DNA of 64,000 nucleotides from Herminiimonas fonticola (GTDB taxonomy: Bacteria > Pseudomonadota > Gammaproteobacteria > Burkholderiales > Burkholderiaceae_D): NCBI RefSeq assembly GCF_040395855.1, contig NZ_JBEBPO010000002.1:2761-66760 (forward strand), written 5' to 3'. A model generated the notes under the pieces. That model had not been told where the DNA came from. It did not search any database and saw only the letters and a program-made list of their open reading frames with translations. Positions 1-8,253 of the stretch are shown here, in pieces. Each line of letters opens with the position of its first letter. Positions within the stretch are counted from its first letter, which is position 1. The position numbers were made by a program, and so were the translations under genes.

Positions 1-126
1 GTTTGTGTGACAGCCTTGTCAGCGTGTGCACTTGCTGCGTACAGACTGAACAATGCGGTGAAAATAAAAACGACATAACGACGCATGCAATTCCCTAACT
101 TGTATTGATAACCTGACGTAAAAACA

Positions 127-852
127 ATGCCCAAGCTGACCTGGCTGTTCGATCTGGATAACACGCTGCATGACGCATCGCATGCGATTTTTCCGGCGAT
201 CAACCTGAACATGAATGCCTACATCGCACAGGTGCTGAACGAGGCTGGTGCGGCTTCGGATGAGGCAGCGGTGAATGCCGCGCGCGTCGCCTACTGGCAG
301 CGTTACGGCGCGACCTTGCTCGGTATGGTAAATCATCATCAGGTGCGGCCTGAAGATTTCTTGCGCGAGGCGCATCGTTTCGACGATCTGGCGGCGATGA
401 TACGTGCCGAACGCGGACTGGGGAAATTGTTGCGCCGCCTGCCGGGGCGAAAAATCCTGCTGACAAATGCGCCACGACGTTATTCGCATCAGGTATTGCG
501 GCATCTGGGTTTGCATAAGCACTTCGCGCAGCATGTACCGATTGAAGCGATGCGCGTGCATGGCCGCTTGCGGCCCAAGCCGTCGAAGCCGATGCTGCGC
601 AAGCTGCTGGCAAAAGAAGGAATAAGGGCAGGGCGATGCGTGCTGGTGGAAGACACGGTGAGTCATTTGAAAGGCGCCAAAGCGCTGGGCCTGGCAACCG
701 TGTGGGTCACGCAATATCTGGCCGCCGATTCGAGCAAAGGCGCATTAACTGGCAACGGCGCAACAGTGGGGCATATAAAACGCCCTATTTATGTCGATGT
801 CAAAGTAAAATCCGTAGGGCAACTATTCAGGCAGTTGCATCGATTGCGCTAG
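127..852 (+). CDS. HAD-superfamily pyrimidine 5'-nucleotidase
   Basis: HAD motif I 'FDLDNTL', 'LLTNA' and 'LVEDT'; immediately upstream of slmA. Confidence 0.85.
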   Translation: MPKLTWLFDLDNTLHDASHAIFPAINLNMNAYIAQVLNEAGAASDEAAVNAARVAYWQRYGATLLGMVNHHQVRPEDFLREAHRFDDLAAMIRAERGLGKLLRRLPGRKILLTNAPRRYSHQVLRHLGLHKHFAQHVPIEAMRVHGRLRPKPSKPMLRKLLAKEGIRAGRCVLVEDTVSHLKGAKALGLATVWVTQYLAADSSKGALTGNGATVGHIKRPIYVDVKVKSVGQLFRQLHRLR

Positions 853-885
853 TCCGATTGTTTACCTACCTATAAATATAAAACC

Positions 886-1461
886 ATGGCGACGACCAAA
901 CCAGGCGAACGCAAGCTGCAGATACTTCAGACACTGGCAACCATGCTGGAGCAGCCCAAGGGAGAAAAAATCACGACCGCAGCGCTGGCTGCGCGCGTGG
1001 AAGTGTCGGAGGCGGCACTGTATCGGCATTTCGCCAGCAAGGCGCAAATGTTTGAAGGCTTGATCGAGTTCATCGAAACCACCGTGTTCGGCCTGATCAA
1101 CAAGATCTCCGAGCAGCAGGAAAACGGTTTGTCGCAGGCGCAGGCAATGATCGTCATGCTGCTCAATTTTGCCGAACGCAATCCCGGCATGACGCGCGTC
1201 ATGATAGGCGATGCGCTGGTCAATGAAGACGAGCGTTTGCAGCTGCGCATGAACCAGTTTATCGACCGTATCGAGCTGGCGCTCAAGCAGGCCTTGCGCG
1301 TGGCGGTCACGCAAGGGCAGGCGAATGAAGCGGAAGTCGCCGCGCGCGCGCATCTGATTACCAGCACGGTGCTGGGGCACTGGCAGCGTTATGCCAAGAC
1401 CGGCTTCAAGCAGAATCCTTCGGCGCATACCGCCGCCCAGATCGCAATACTACTGGCTTGA
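886..1461 (+). CDS. slmA: Nucleoid occlusion factor SlmA (TetR family)
   Basis: 'ERKLQILQTLATMLE..ITTAALAARVEVSEAALYRHFASKAQMFEGLIEFIE' is the SlmA N-terminal HTH. Confidence 0.9.
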   Translation: MATTKPGERKLQILQTLATMLEQPKGEKITTAALAARVEVSEAALYRHFASKAQMFEGLIEFIETTVFGLINKISEQQENGLSQAQAMIVMLLNFAERNPGMTRVMIGDALVNEDERLQLRMNQFIDRIELALKQALRVAVTQGQANEAEVAARAHLITSTVLGHWQRYAKTGFKQNPSAHTAAQIAILLA

Positions 1462-1579
1462 AAATGGCGCAGTCGCTGTCGATTGCCGCCAGCCACTGAG
1501 AGCGGGCCGTTTCCCGCCGGTTGGCGCATCCCGCTTGGTCGTACAATAGCGTCTTGCTCCGCATCGTTTTTCCTGACTT

Positions 1580-3442
1580 ATGTCCCTGTTTGTTCCCGCC
1601 GATTCTTCCAACGATTGCTTTGCGCTGCTCGACGATTGCGACGCCAGCGCAGACCAGCCGCGTTCGCGTCTTTATTCGGCGCATGCAGGCACCTTGTCAT
1701 GCCGGCATGCAGATCAATTGCCGGACTTGCTGCAACAGATGCAGGAGCAGCTGTTGCAAGGCCGCTTTGCCCTTGTGCTGTTTGCCTATGAATTAGGCGC
1801 GGCCCTGCACGATATTGCACCGCACGAACAAGAACTGCAGCAAGCTGATCAGCCGCTGGCTGAAATACTGCTGTTCGATCGTTGCGAAAAACTTTCCGCA
1901 TCGCAGGTGGCAAGCTGGCTGGCGCAGCAGGAGTCGTCGACGCCGGCAGGAATCGCCAATGTGCATGCCGATATCGATCAGACGGCCTTCGATGCCGCAC
2001 TGGCGCGGATACACGATTACATCGCGGCAGGCGATACCTATCAGGTCAATTACACCTACCGTTTGCGCTTCGATGCCTACGGCTCGCTGCATGCACTGTA
2101 TCGCCGCCTGCATGAGCGCCAGCCGGTGCCGTATGGTGCATTGATTGCGTTGCCGGATGGCCGCGCAGTGCTGTCCTTGTCGCCGGAATTATTCGTGCGG
2201 CATGACGATGGCAAGCTGACAGTGAGACCGATGAAGGGCACGGCGGCCGCCAGCGGAAATCTGCAGCAGGATGAAGCGTCTGCACATGCCCTGGCAGCTG
2301 ACCCGAAAAATCGCGCGGAAAACCTGATGATCGTCGATCTCTTGCGTAACGATCTGGGGCGGATCGCCGAAGTCGGTTCAGTGGTCGTCGATAAACTATT
2401 CGATGTGCAGCGTTACAGCAGCGTGCTGCAAATGACCTCGACCGTGCATGCGCAATTGCGCGCCGGCCTGACGCTGCCGCAGATATTCGCGGCGTTGTAC
2501 CCTTGCGGTTCGATTACCGGCGCACCCAAGCACAGGACGATGCAAATCATCCGCGAACTGGAAGCCAGTCCGCGCGGCATTTATACCGGCGCGATAGGCT
2601 GGTTCGATCCGCTGCCGGCAGAACAGGCAATTGGCAATTTTTGTTTGTCGGTGCCTATCCGCACCCTGCAATTGCAGTCGCAGGATAAGCAGAATATTCG
2701 TCGCGGTGAAATGGGCGTGGGCGCCGGCATCGTGCATGACAGCCAGGCGCAGGCAGAGTACGAAGAGTGCCGGCTCAAGGCCAGCTTTTTGACCGGCATG
2801 CGCGGCGAATTTGAATTGTTTGAAACGATATATGCCACGCACGATGAAGGATGCCGTCATCTCGAACGGCACCTGCAGCGTTTGCAGCGATCGGCAGGCT
2901 ATTTCGGTTTTGCCTTCGACGCAAACAAGATCGGAACCTTATTGCGCGATACCTGCGCACAACTGACAGAAAACAGTGCGCATCGCTTGCGCCTGGCCTT
3001 GCAGGCGGATGGCAATTGCACGATACAAACGGCACCGTTGGCGCCACTGCAACTGCCGGTCAAGATTCTGCTGGCAGAAGATCGCACCGATGCCGGCGAT
3101 ATTTTCCTGCGCCACAAAACCACGATCCGAAGCGGATACGACGCTGCATGGCGTGCAGCGGAACAGCAGGGCGCGTTCGACCAATTGTTCTGCAATAGCG
3201 CCGGCCAGTTGAGCGAAGGCGGGCGCAGCAGTGTGTTCGTCAAACTGGATGGCCGCTGGTATACGCCGCCCCTGAGCGTCGGCGTTTTGCCGGGCGTCAT
3301 GCGTGCCGTATTGCTGGATGATCCCGCATGGGATGCGCAGGAAAAGATTCTGACGCTGGATGACTTGCGCGCGGCAGACGAAGTGATCGTCTGCAATGCC
3401 CTGCGTGGCGTATTGCCGGCACGGATCGTCTGGCCCGACTGA
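1580..3442 (+). CDS. pabB: Aminodeoxychorismate synthase component I fused to an ADC lyase/aminotransferase class IV domain
   Basis: Chorismate-binding motifs 'SPELF', 'PMKGT', 'KNRAENLMIVDLLRNDLG', 'GSITGAPK'; C-terminal 'RHKTT..EGGRSSVF..LPGVMR..CNALRG' is PabC-like. Confidence 0.9.
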   Translation: MSLFVPADSSNDCFALLDDCDASADQPRSRLYSAHAGTLSCRHADQLPDLLQQMQEQLLQGRFALVLFAYELGAALHDIAPHEQELQQADQPLAEILLFDRCEKLSASQVASWLAQQESSTPAGIANVHADIDQTAFDAALARIHDYIAAGDTYQVNYTYRLRFDAYGSLHALYRRLHERQPVPYGALIALPDGRAVLSLSPELFVRHDDGKLTVRPMKGTAAASGNLQQDEASAHALAADPKNRAENLMIVDLLRNDLGRIAEVGSVVVDKLFDVQRYSSVLQMTSTVHAQLRAGLTLPQIFAALYPCGSITGAPKHRTMQIIRELEASPRGIYTGAIGWFDPLPAEQAIGNFCLSVPIRTLQLQSQDKQNIRRGEMGVGAGIVHDSQAQAEYEECRLKASFLTGMRGEFELFETIYATHDEGCRHLERHLQRLQRSAGYFGFAFDANKIGTLLRDTCAQLTENSAHRLRLALQADGNCTIQTAPLAPLQLPVKILLAEDRTDAGDIFLRHKTTIRSGYDAAWRAAEQQGAFDQLFCNSAGQLSEGGRSSVFVKLDGRWYTPPLSVGVLPGVMRAVLLDDPAWDAQEKILTLDDLRAADEVIVCNALRGVLPARIVWPD

Positions 3443-3466
3443 GACGAATACATGCCGACAATAGCT

Positions 3467-4753
3467 TTATGCCGGCAATGTGACCCTGAAGCAGCTGCCC
3501 GCTTCATCGCGGGCGACGTACACGACGTCGCCGCCATGCCGGCGCGCGATTTGCCGTACCAGGCTCAAGCCTAGACCAACCCCGCCTTCGCGTTCGCTGG
3601 CACCGGCTACGCGATAAAAGGGTTCGAAAATATTTTCCCGTTCTGCCACCGGCACGCCGGGCCCGCCATCGCACACCTGTAATAGAACAGTGCTGTCCTG
3701 TGCTGTCGCCAGGGTCACGGTAATCGGCGTGTCATTGCCGTAGCGCTTGGCATTTTCCAGCAGATTGCGCACCAGGCGACGCAGCAGCCGTGCATCGCCA
3801 GACAACTCGATGGCCTGTGCATCCAGTTGCGCACCGATGCGCGCGCATTCTTCCGCGACCAGTGCAGTCAGATCTATTGTTTCAAATGTCTGTGCAGTGT
3901 CGGGGGTAGCGTCGAGCCGGCTGGCCAGCAAAATCTCATCGATCAATTGATCCAGTTCGCCGATGTTGCGCTGCAGTTCGCTACGGATTTCCGGTTGCGC
4001 CTGCGGGCCCATCAATTCAATCGCCATGCGTATGCGTGCCAGCGGCGAGCGCAATTCATGCGAGGCATTTGCCAGCAAGGCTTTCTGCGCATCGACCAGC
4101 GCTTCTATGCGTGCCGCCGAACGATTGAAGCTGCTTGCCAGGCGACCTACTTCATCCTGTCCTTCCACTGCAATACGGGTCGACAATTGCCCGGCTCCCA
4201 GCGCTTCGACACTGGTTTGCAGGCGCTCCAGCCGGCGCGTCAGGCGCCGCACAATCGGATACGAGCCTATACCTATCGCCAGCCCGATCAGGATCAGCGT
4301 GGTGAAAAAACTGAAAGGTGGTTTGCGTCGGCCCGGATGCTGGCCGACCAGCCAGCGATCGTCCGGTAATTTGACGGCGAACACCGGCGGCCCGCCGCCC
4401 ATCCAGCCGCTGACGGTTTGCGCTGCATCCAGCGGCGGCAGCTCACGTCCGGCAGTTGCGATTTTTTCACGCTTGGCTGAATACAGCGCCAAGTCGGCGC
4501 GCATGCGCGATTGCCAGCGTGTAAGCGCCTGCTGTTGTTCTTCGTTGCTGGCTTCGGGAGGCGGCAATATATCGGAGGCAATGGCGGCAAACGATTCCAG
4601 GCTGGGGCCGATTTGTCGTGCGTCTGCATTGATGCGCCACGCGGCAGCGAATAGCAGGCCGGCGACAGTCAGGCTGATCAGCATCGCCAGATAAATGCGG
4701 ATATACAAACGGTGCGACCAGTTGAAACGTCCGCGCGTGCTTGATTCAGACAT
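3467..4753 (-). CDS. Sensor histidine kinase (2 TM, HAMP, HisKA, HATPase)
   Basis: H-box 'ASHELRSPLARI', 'NLLENA', 'DGGPG', 'GLGLSL'. Start moved to ATG 4753, which overlaps the RR stop; the ORF track extends to 4903. Confidence 0.9.
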   Translation of the reverse strand: MSESSTRGRFNWSHRLYIRIYLAMLISLTVAGLLFAAAWRINADARQIGPSLESFAAIASDILPPPEASNEEQQQALTRWQSRMRADLALYSAKREKIATAGRELPPLDAAQTVSGWMGGGPPVFAVKLPDDRWLVGQHPGRRKPPFSFFTTLILIGLAIGIGSYPIVRRLTRRLERLQTSVEALGAGQLSTRIAVEGQDEVGRLASSFNRSAARIEALVDAQKALLANASHELRSPLARIRMAIELMGPQAQPEIRSELQRNIGELDQLIDEILLASRLDATPDTAQTFETIDLTALVAEECARIGAQLDAQAIELSGDARLLRRLVRNLLENAKRYGNDTPITVTLATAQDSTVLLQVCDGGPGVPVAERENIFEPFYRVAGASEREGGVGLGLSLVRQIARRHGGDVVYVARDEAGSCFRVTLPA

Positions 4754-5465
4754 CTTGCGCCTTTGCAAATACATAACCGGCACCGCGTACGGTGATGATG
4801 CGTTTGGGTTGTTTAGGATCGTCTTCGATGGCGGCGCGCAGGCGGCCGATGTGCACATCGATGGAACGATCGAAGGCTTCCAGCGGTTCGCCCTTGACGG
4901 CATCCATCAGTTGTTCGCGCGACAGTACGCGTCCGGCGCGCTCGGCCATGGCTGCCAACAGATTGAATTGATAGGAAGTAACCGGCTTGTCCTGATCGTC
5001 GAGGCGAATCACGCGCGCATCGAGGTCGATTTCGAGACGACCGAAGCGCAGCACGTGGCCGTCGGTGGCTGGCGCGCCCTGCTGGCGTCGCAGCACGGCG
5101 CGCAAACGTGCCAGCAATTCGCGCGGCTCGAACGGTTTCGGAATGTAATCGTCGGCGCCGAGCTCAAGTCCGACCACGCGATCCATGGGGTCGCCCTTGG
5201 CGGTCAGCATGACGATGGGCAGGGTATTGAGCGGCGCCGGAAACGTGCGTATCTGGCGGCACACATCAAGCCCGTCTGCATCCGGCAGCATCAGGTCCAG
5301 CAGGACGATGGCGAAAGATGCGCTCGCGCTTGCATGCTGCAACTGCTGCAGTCCCTCGGCGGCGGTGGCGCTGTGTTGCACATCGAAGCCGTTCTGGCCA
5401 AGATAGGTGGCGACCATCGCTGCCAGGCGCTGGTCGTCTTCAATCATGAGTAGGCGTTGATTCAT
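4746..5465 (-). CDS. OmpR-family response regulator
   Basis: 'LLMIEDD', 'LDLMLPD', 'MLTAKGD', 'DDYIPKPF', winged helix 'DRSIDVHIGRLR'; start taken at MNQRLL. Confidence 0.9.
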   Translation of the reverse strand: MNQRLLMIEDDQRLAAMVATYLGQNGFDVQHSATAAEGLQQLQHASASASFAIVLLDLMLPDADGLDVCRQIRTFPAPLNTLPIVMLTAKGDPMDRVVGLELGADDYIPKPFEPRELLARLRAVLRRQQGAPATDGHVLRFGRLEIDLDARVIRLDDQDKPVTSYQFNLLAAMAERAGRVLSREQLMDAVKGEPLEAFDRSIDVHIGRLRAAIEDDPKQPKRIITVRGAGYVFAKAQDV

Positions 5466-5644
5466 CTGTCTAGTGTAATTCCATTTCGCAGGCAAAACGA
5501 CAGGGGCCTGGTGAAACACTGCCGCCATGACTTGCATTGCAGAATAAAAGAGCGGCAATGCATGCGAACGTGCAGCACACTGCCGCGCACAGCATTTGGA
5601 GCGATATAACGACATCGCTTCAAACGCTGCGGCGGCAGAATGTC

Positions 5645-6262
5645 TTACTTCTGCGCTTTTGCTGCTTCAGCTGCGGGCTTGTGCTCATGACCATGATGCG
5701 AGCGTGGGCCGTGATTGAAGCCGTGACCGAAACCACGCTTATGTTTTTTCATTTCTTCCACCGCCTTGACGCGTTGTGCCGGCGTCAGCACTTCTGCTGC
5801 ATCGGCAAATGCCTGCGTTACCCGACGCGAACGCTGGTCGGCCAGTTGCTGCTCAGTCTGGCGCAGTTGCTCAAGCGCCGTGCGATCGATGGTGGCGGCA
5901 GACAACAGCTTGCTGCGTTGTGCATGCAGGTCGCGGCCTTGCTGACGCAAGGGTTGCAGATCGGCGAAGGCAGATTTGGCGATTGCGCCCAACCTGGTTT
6001 TCTGTTCCGCGGTGGCATCCGGCACCAGACGATGCAGCATGCGCTCAAAACGTTTTTCCGCATGTTCCGGATTCATTTGTCCGTGTTTGCCATCGTGGCG
6101 CTCGTGCTTCTCGACCTTGGCCGGTGCGGCCTGATTGTCGGCAGCATAGCTGATGCCGGCCAGCGAGATGGCGCCGACGATGACGGCGCTTGCTCCTGCC
6201 ATCAACAGGCGACGGCTGCGCGAGCCGGATGACGATACGGATTGTGTGGTGTGCTTGTTCAT
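5645..6262 (-). CDS. Spy/CpxP-family periplasmic protein
   Basis: Signal peptide, LTxxQ-like motifs ('ATAEQK', 'VLTPAQR'), His-rich ends; first gene of the Spy-RR-HK unit. Confidence 0.8.
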   Translation of the reverse strand: MNKHTTQSVSSSGSRSRRLLMAGASAVIVGAISLAGISYAADNQAAPAKVEKHERHDGKHGQMNPEHAEKRFERMLHRLVPDATAEQKTRLGAIAKSAFADLQPLRQQGRDLHAQRSKLLSAATIDRTALEQLRQTEQQLADQRSRRVTQAFADAAEVLTPAQRVKAVEEMKKHKRGFGHGFNHGPRSHHGHEHKPAAEAAKAQK

Positions 6263-6344
6263 TGAAACTCCTTTGTTTCGGTTGGTGCCTGTGCAGGCAT
6301 GTTGTTACTTTAGGTGTGCTCTGTTGAGATAGCGCATGCGAGCG

Positions 6345-6359
6345 GTAAAGTTATGTAAA
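6345..6359. promoter_or_regulatory. CpxR-type direct repeat GTAAA-N5-GTAAA
   Basis: Exact match GTAAAGTTATGTAAA, 83 bp upstream of the Spy/CpxP start. Confidence 0.65.
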
Positions 6360-6367
6360 GGACGGGA

Positions 6368-6425
6368 TACGCGTTGTTGGTGCATGGATGGGGGACTGGT
6401 GGTGGATGTGCACCAGTTTGGTTAT
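6368..6425 (+). promoter_or_regulatory. Two NtrC-like enhancer sites
   Basis: TACGCGT-TGT-TGGTGCA (6368-6384, 10/14) and TGCACCA-GTT-TGGTTAT (6409-6425, 11/14) against TGCACCA-N3-TGGTGCA; centres 41 bp apart, upstream of a sigma54 promoter. Confidence 0.55.
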
Positions 6426-6474
6426 CGATACGGTCCGTCGTGACGCAGGCGGAGATGCGTGATGGACAGTTCTC

Positions 6475-6490
6475 TGGCATAGCTTTTGCA
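6475..6490 (+). promoter_or_regulatory. sigma54 (-24/-12) promoter
   Basis: TGGCAT-AGCTT-TTGCA with exact GG-N10-GC spacing, 71 bp upstream of ATG 6562. Confidence 0.75.
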
Positions 6491-6561
6491 CTTGATGAAT
6501 ATCATCGGATCTTGTGCATTGCATGTCGTTGGGCTGTTTCAAAAAATAACAGGGAATAAAA

Positions 6562-7359
6562 ATGAACAGACGTCACTTTCTTCTGGCCGGCGTGGCGGCA
6601 AGCGGAAGTTTTTCCGGTTTTTCCCGTGCCGATTCCTCCATCGTCCATATCAACGACGCGATCAACAAATCCGGTCGCCAGCGCATGCTGTCGCAACGCC
6701 TGGCGAAAAGCTATTTGCAGATTGGTCAGGAAGTAGACCTGGCTCGTTCCAGCAAGATATTCAATGTCTCGCTTGCCTTGTTCGAGCGTCAGTTGGGTGA
6801 ACTGGAAGCGTTTGCACCGACGGCGGAGTGCCGGGCGACGCTAACCGAACTGAGGAAGACATGGGGGCGTTACAAGGGTGCATTGATCAGCAATGCGCCG
6901 AATCGGCTGGATGCCAAGGCGGTGATGGCAATCAGCGAGGAAGTGCTGGCGCTGGCGCATACAGTCACCGTACAACTGGAAAAATCGTCGGGTACTGCCG
7001 CCGCACATCTGGTCAATATTTCCGGACGTCAGCGCATGCTGTCGCAGCGCATGGCAAAGTTTTATCAGGCCATCAATTGGGGCGTGGCATCGCCGGATGC
7101 CTTGATGAATCTGGCCAAGGCGCGCGAGGAATTTCTGCGTGCGATGAAGGAGTTGTCGGATTCGCCAAAAAACACTTCAGCCATCAAGCAGGAAATCACG
7201 CTGGCGCAACAGCAATGGCTCTTCTTTGACCAGGCGCTGAAAAGCAGCGCCGACAGCAATGAGAGCAAGTTTCGCTTCGCCACCAATGTAGCGACCACCA
7301 GCGAAAGAATTCTGGAGACGATGGATAGAATTACAGGGATGTACGAGCAGTTGAGCTAA
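6562..7359 (+). CDS. Tat-exported protein with two PilJ/NarX-type (P-box) sensor domains and no output domain
   Basis: Twin-arginine 'NRRHFL'; internal repeat 'INKSGRQRMLSQRLAK' / 'VNISGRQRMLSQRMAK'; no second TM, HAMP or kinase domain. Confidence 0.8.
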   Translation: MNRRHFLLAGVAASGSFSGFSRADSSIVHINDAINKSGRQRMLSQRLAKSYLQIGQEVDLARSSKIFNVSLALFERQLGELEAFAPTAECRATLTELRKTWGRYKGALISNAPNRLDAKAVMAISEEVLALAHTVTVQLEKSSGTAAAHLVNISGRQRMLSQRMAKFYQAINWGVASPDALMNLAKAREEFLRAMKELSDSPKNTSAIKQEITLAQQQWLFFDQALKSSADSNESKFRFATNVATTSERILETMDRITGMYEQLS

Positions 7360-7386
7360 TGCATGCGCTGATGCGCGGCTTGTTGG

Positions 7387-8139
7387 CTAGTGCGCCTGTC
7401 CGCATACGCTGCAACTGGTATTGCGAGCGATCCTGATGCTGCTCCATTCCATAGCCCGTGCATCCAGCAAAAGCAGGCGTCCGGCCAGCGATTCACCTAT
7501 GCCGGCCACCAGTTTCAATGCTTCCGCTGCCTGCGTGCTGCCGATGATGCCGACCAGCGGTGCGAACACGCCCATGGTGCCGCAATTGACTTCTTCAAAC
7601 TGCTGGTCTTCCGGGAACAGACAGGCATAGCAGGGGGCCTTGTCGTTGCGCGTATCGAACACGCTGACCTGGCCGTCGAACTTGATGGCGGCGCCGGAAA
7701 CCAGCGGTACGCGATTGGCAACGCAGGCGCGATTGATGGCATGACGCGTCGCGAAGTTGTCGCTGCAATCCAGCACGACCGATGCCTGGCTGACCAGTTC
7801 GTTCAGGCGTTCGCCCGTCACGCGTTCCTGCAAGGCGACGACCTTGATGCCGGGATTGATGTCGGCCAGCGTTTTTTGTCCCGATACAACCTTGGCCTGG
7901 CCGACGCGTTCTGTCGTGTGCAGAATTTGCCGCTGCAGGTTGGTCAGATCAACTGTATCGTCATCCACCAGCGTGATGGTGCCGATGCCGGCAGAAGCCA
8001 GGTAAAACGCCGCCGGTGAACCCAGTCCGCCGGCACCGATGATCAATGCATGCGCCGCCAGCAGTTTTTCCTGCCCTTCGATATCTATTTCATCGAGCAG
8101 GATATGGCGTGAATAACGTAGTAATTGCTGATCGTTCAT
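7387..8139 (-). CDS. HesA/MoeB/ThiF-family adenylyltransferase
   Basis: 'RYSRHILL', 'GAGGLGS', 'VDLTNLQRQ', CxxC pairs 'CYAC' and 'CSVC'. Confidence 0.9.
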   Translation of the reverse strand: MNDQQLLRYSRHILLDEIDIEGQEKLLAAHALIIGAGGLGSPAAFYLASAGIGTITLVDDDTVDLTNLQRQILHTTERVGQAKVVSGQKTLADINPGIKVVALQERVTGERLNELVSQASVVLDCSDNFATRHAINRACVANRVPLVSGAAIKFDGQVSVFDTRNDKAPCYACLFPEDQQFEEVNCGTMGVFAPLVGIIGSTQAAEALKLVAGIGESLAGRLLLLDARAMEWSSIRIARNTSCSVCGQAH

Positions 8140-8210
8140 AAATAATCCGGACGTAATTCTTGATGCATTGATTCGTAATGCGTTTTGTGCGGCGACAGTA
8201 TCGCACTTAT

Positions 8211-8240
8211 CAAAAAAGCCGCATCGCTGCGGCTTTTTTG
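8211..8240. terminator. Intrinsic terminator after ctpA
   Basis: CAAAAAAGCCGCA-TCGC-TGCGGCTTTTTTG perfect palindrome. Confidence 0.85.
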
Positions 8241-8253
8241 TGTTTGCCTGCGA

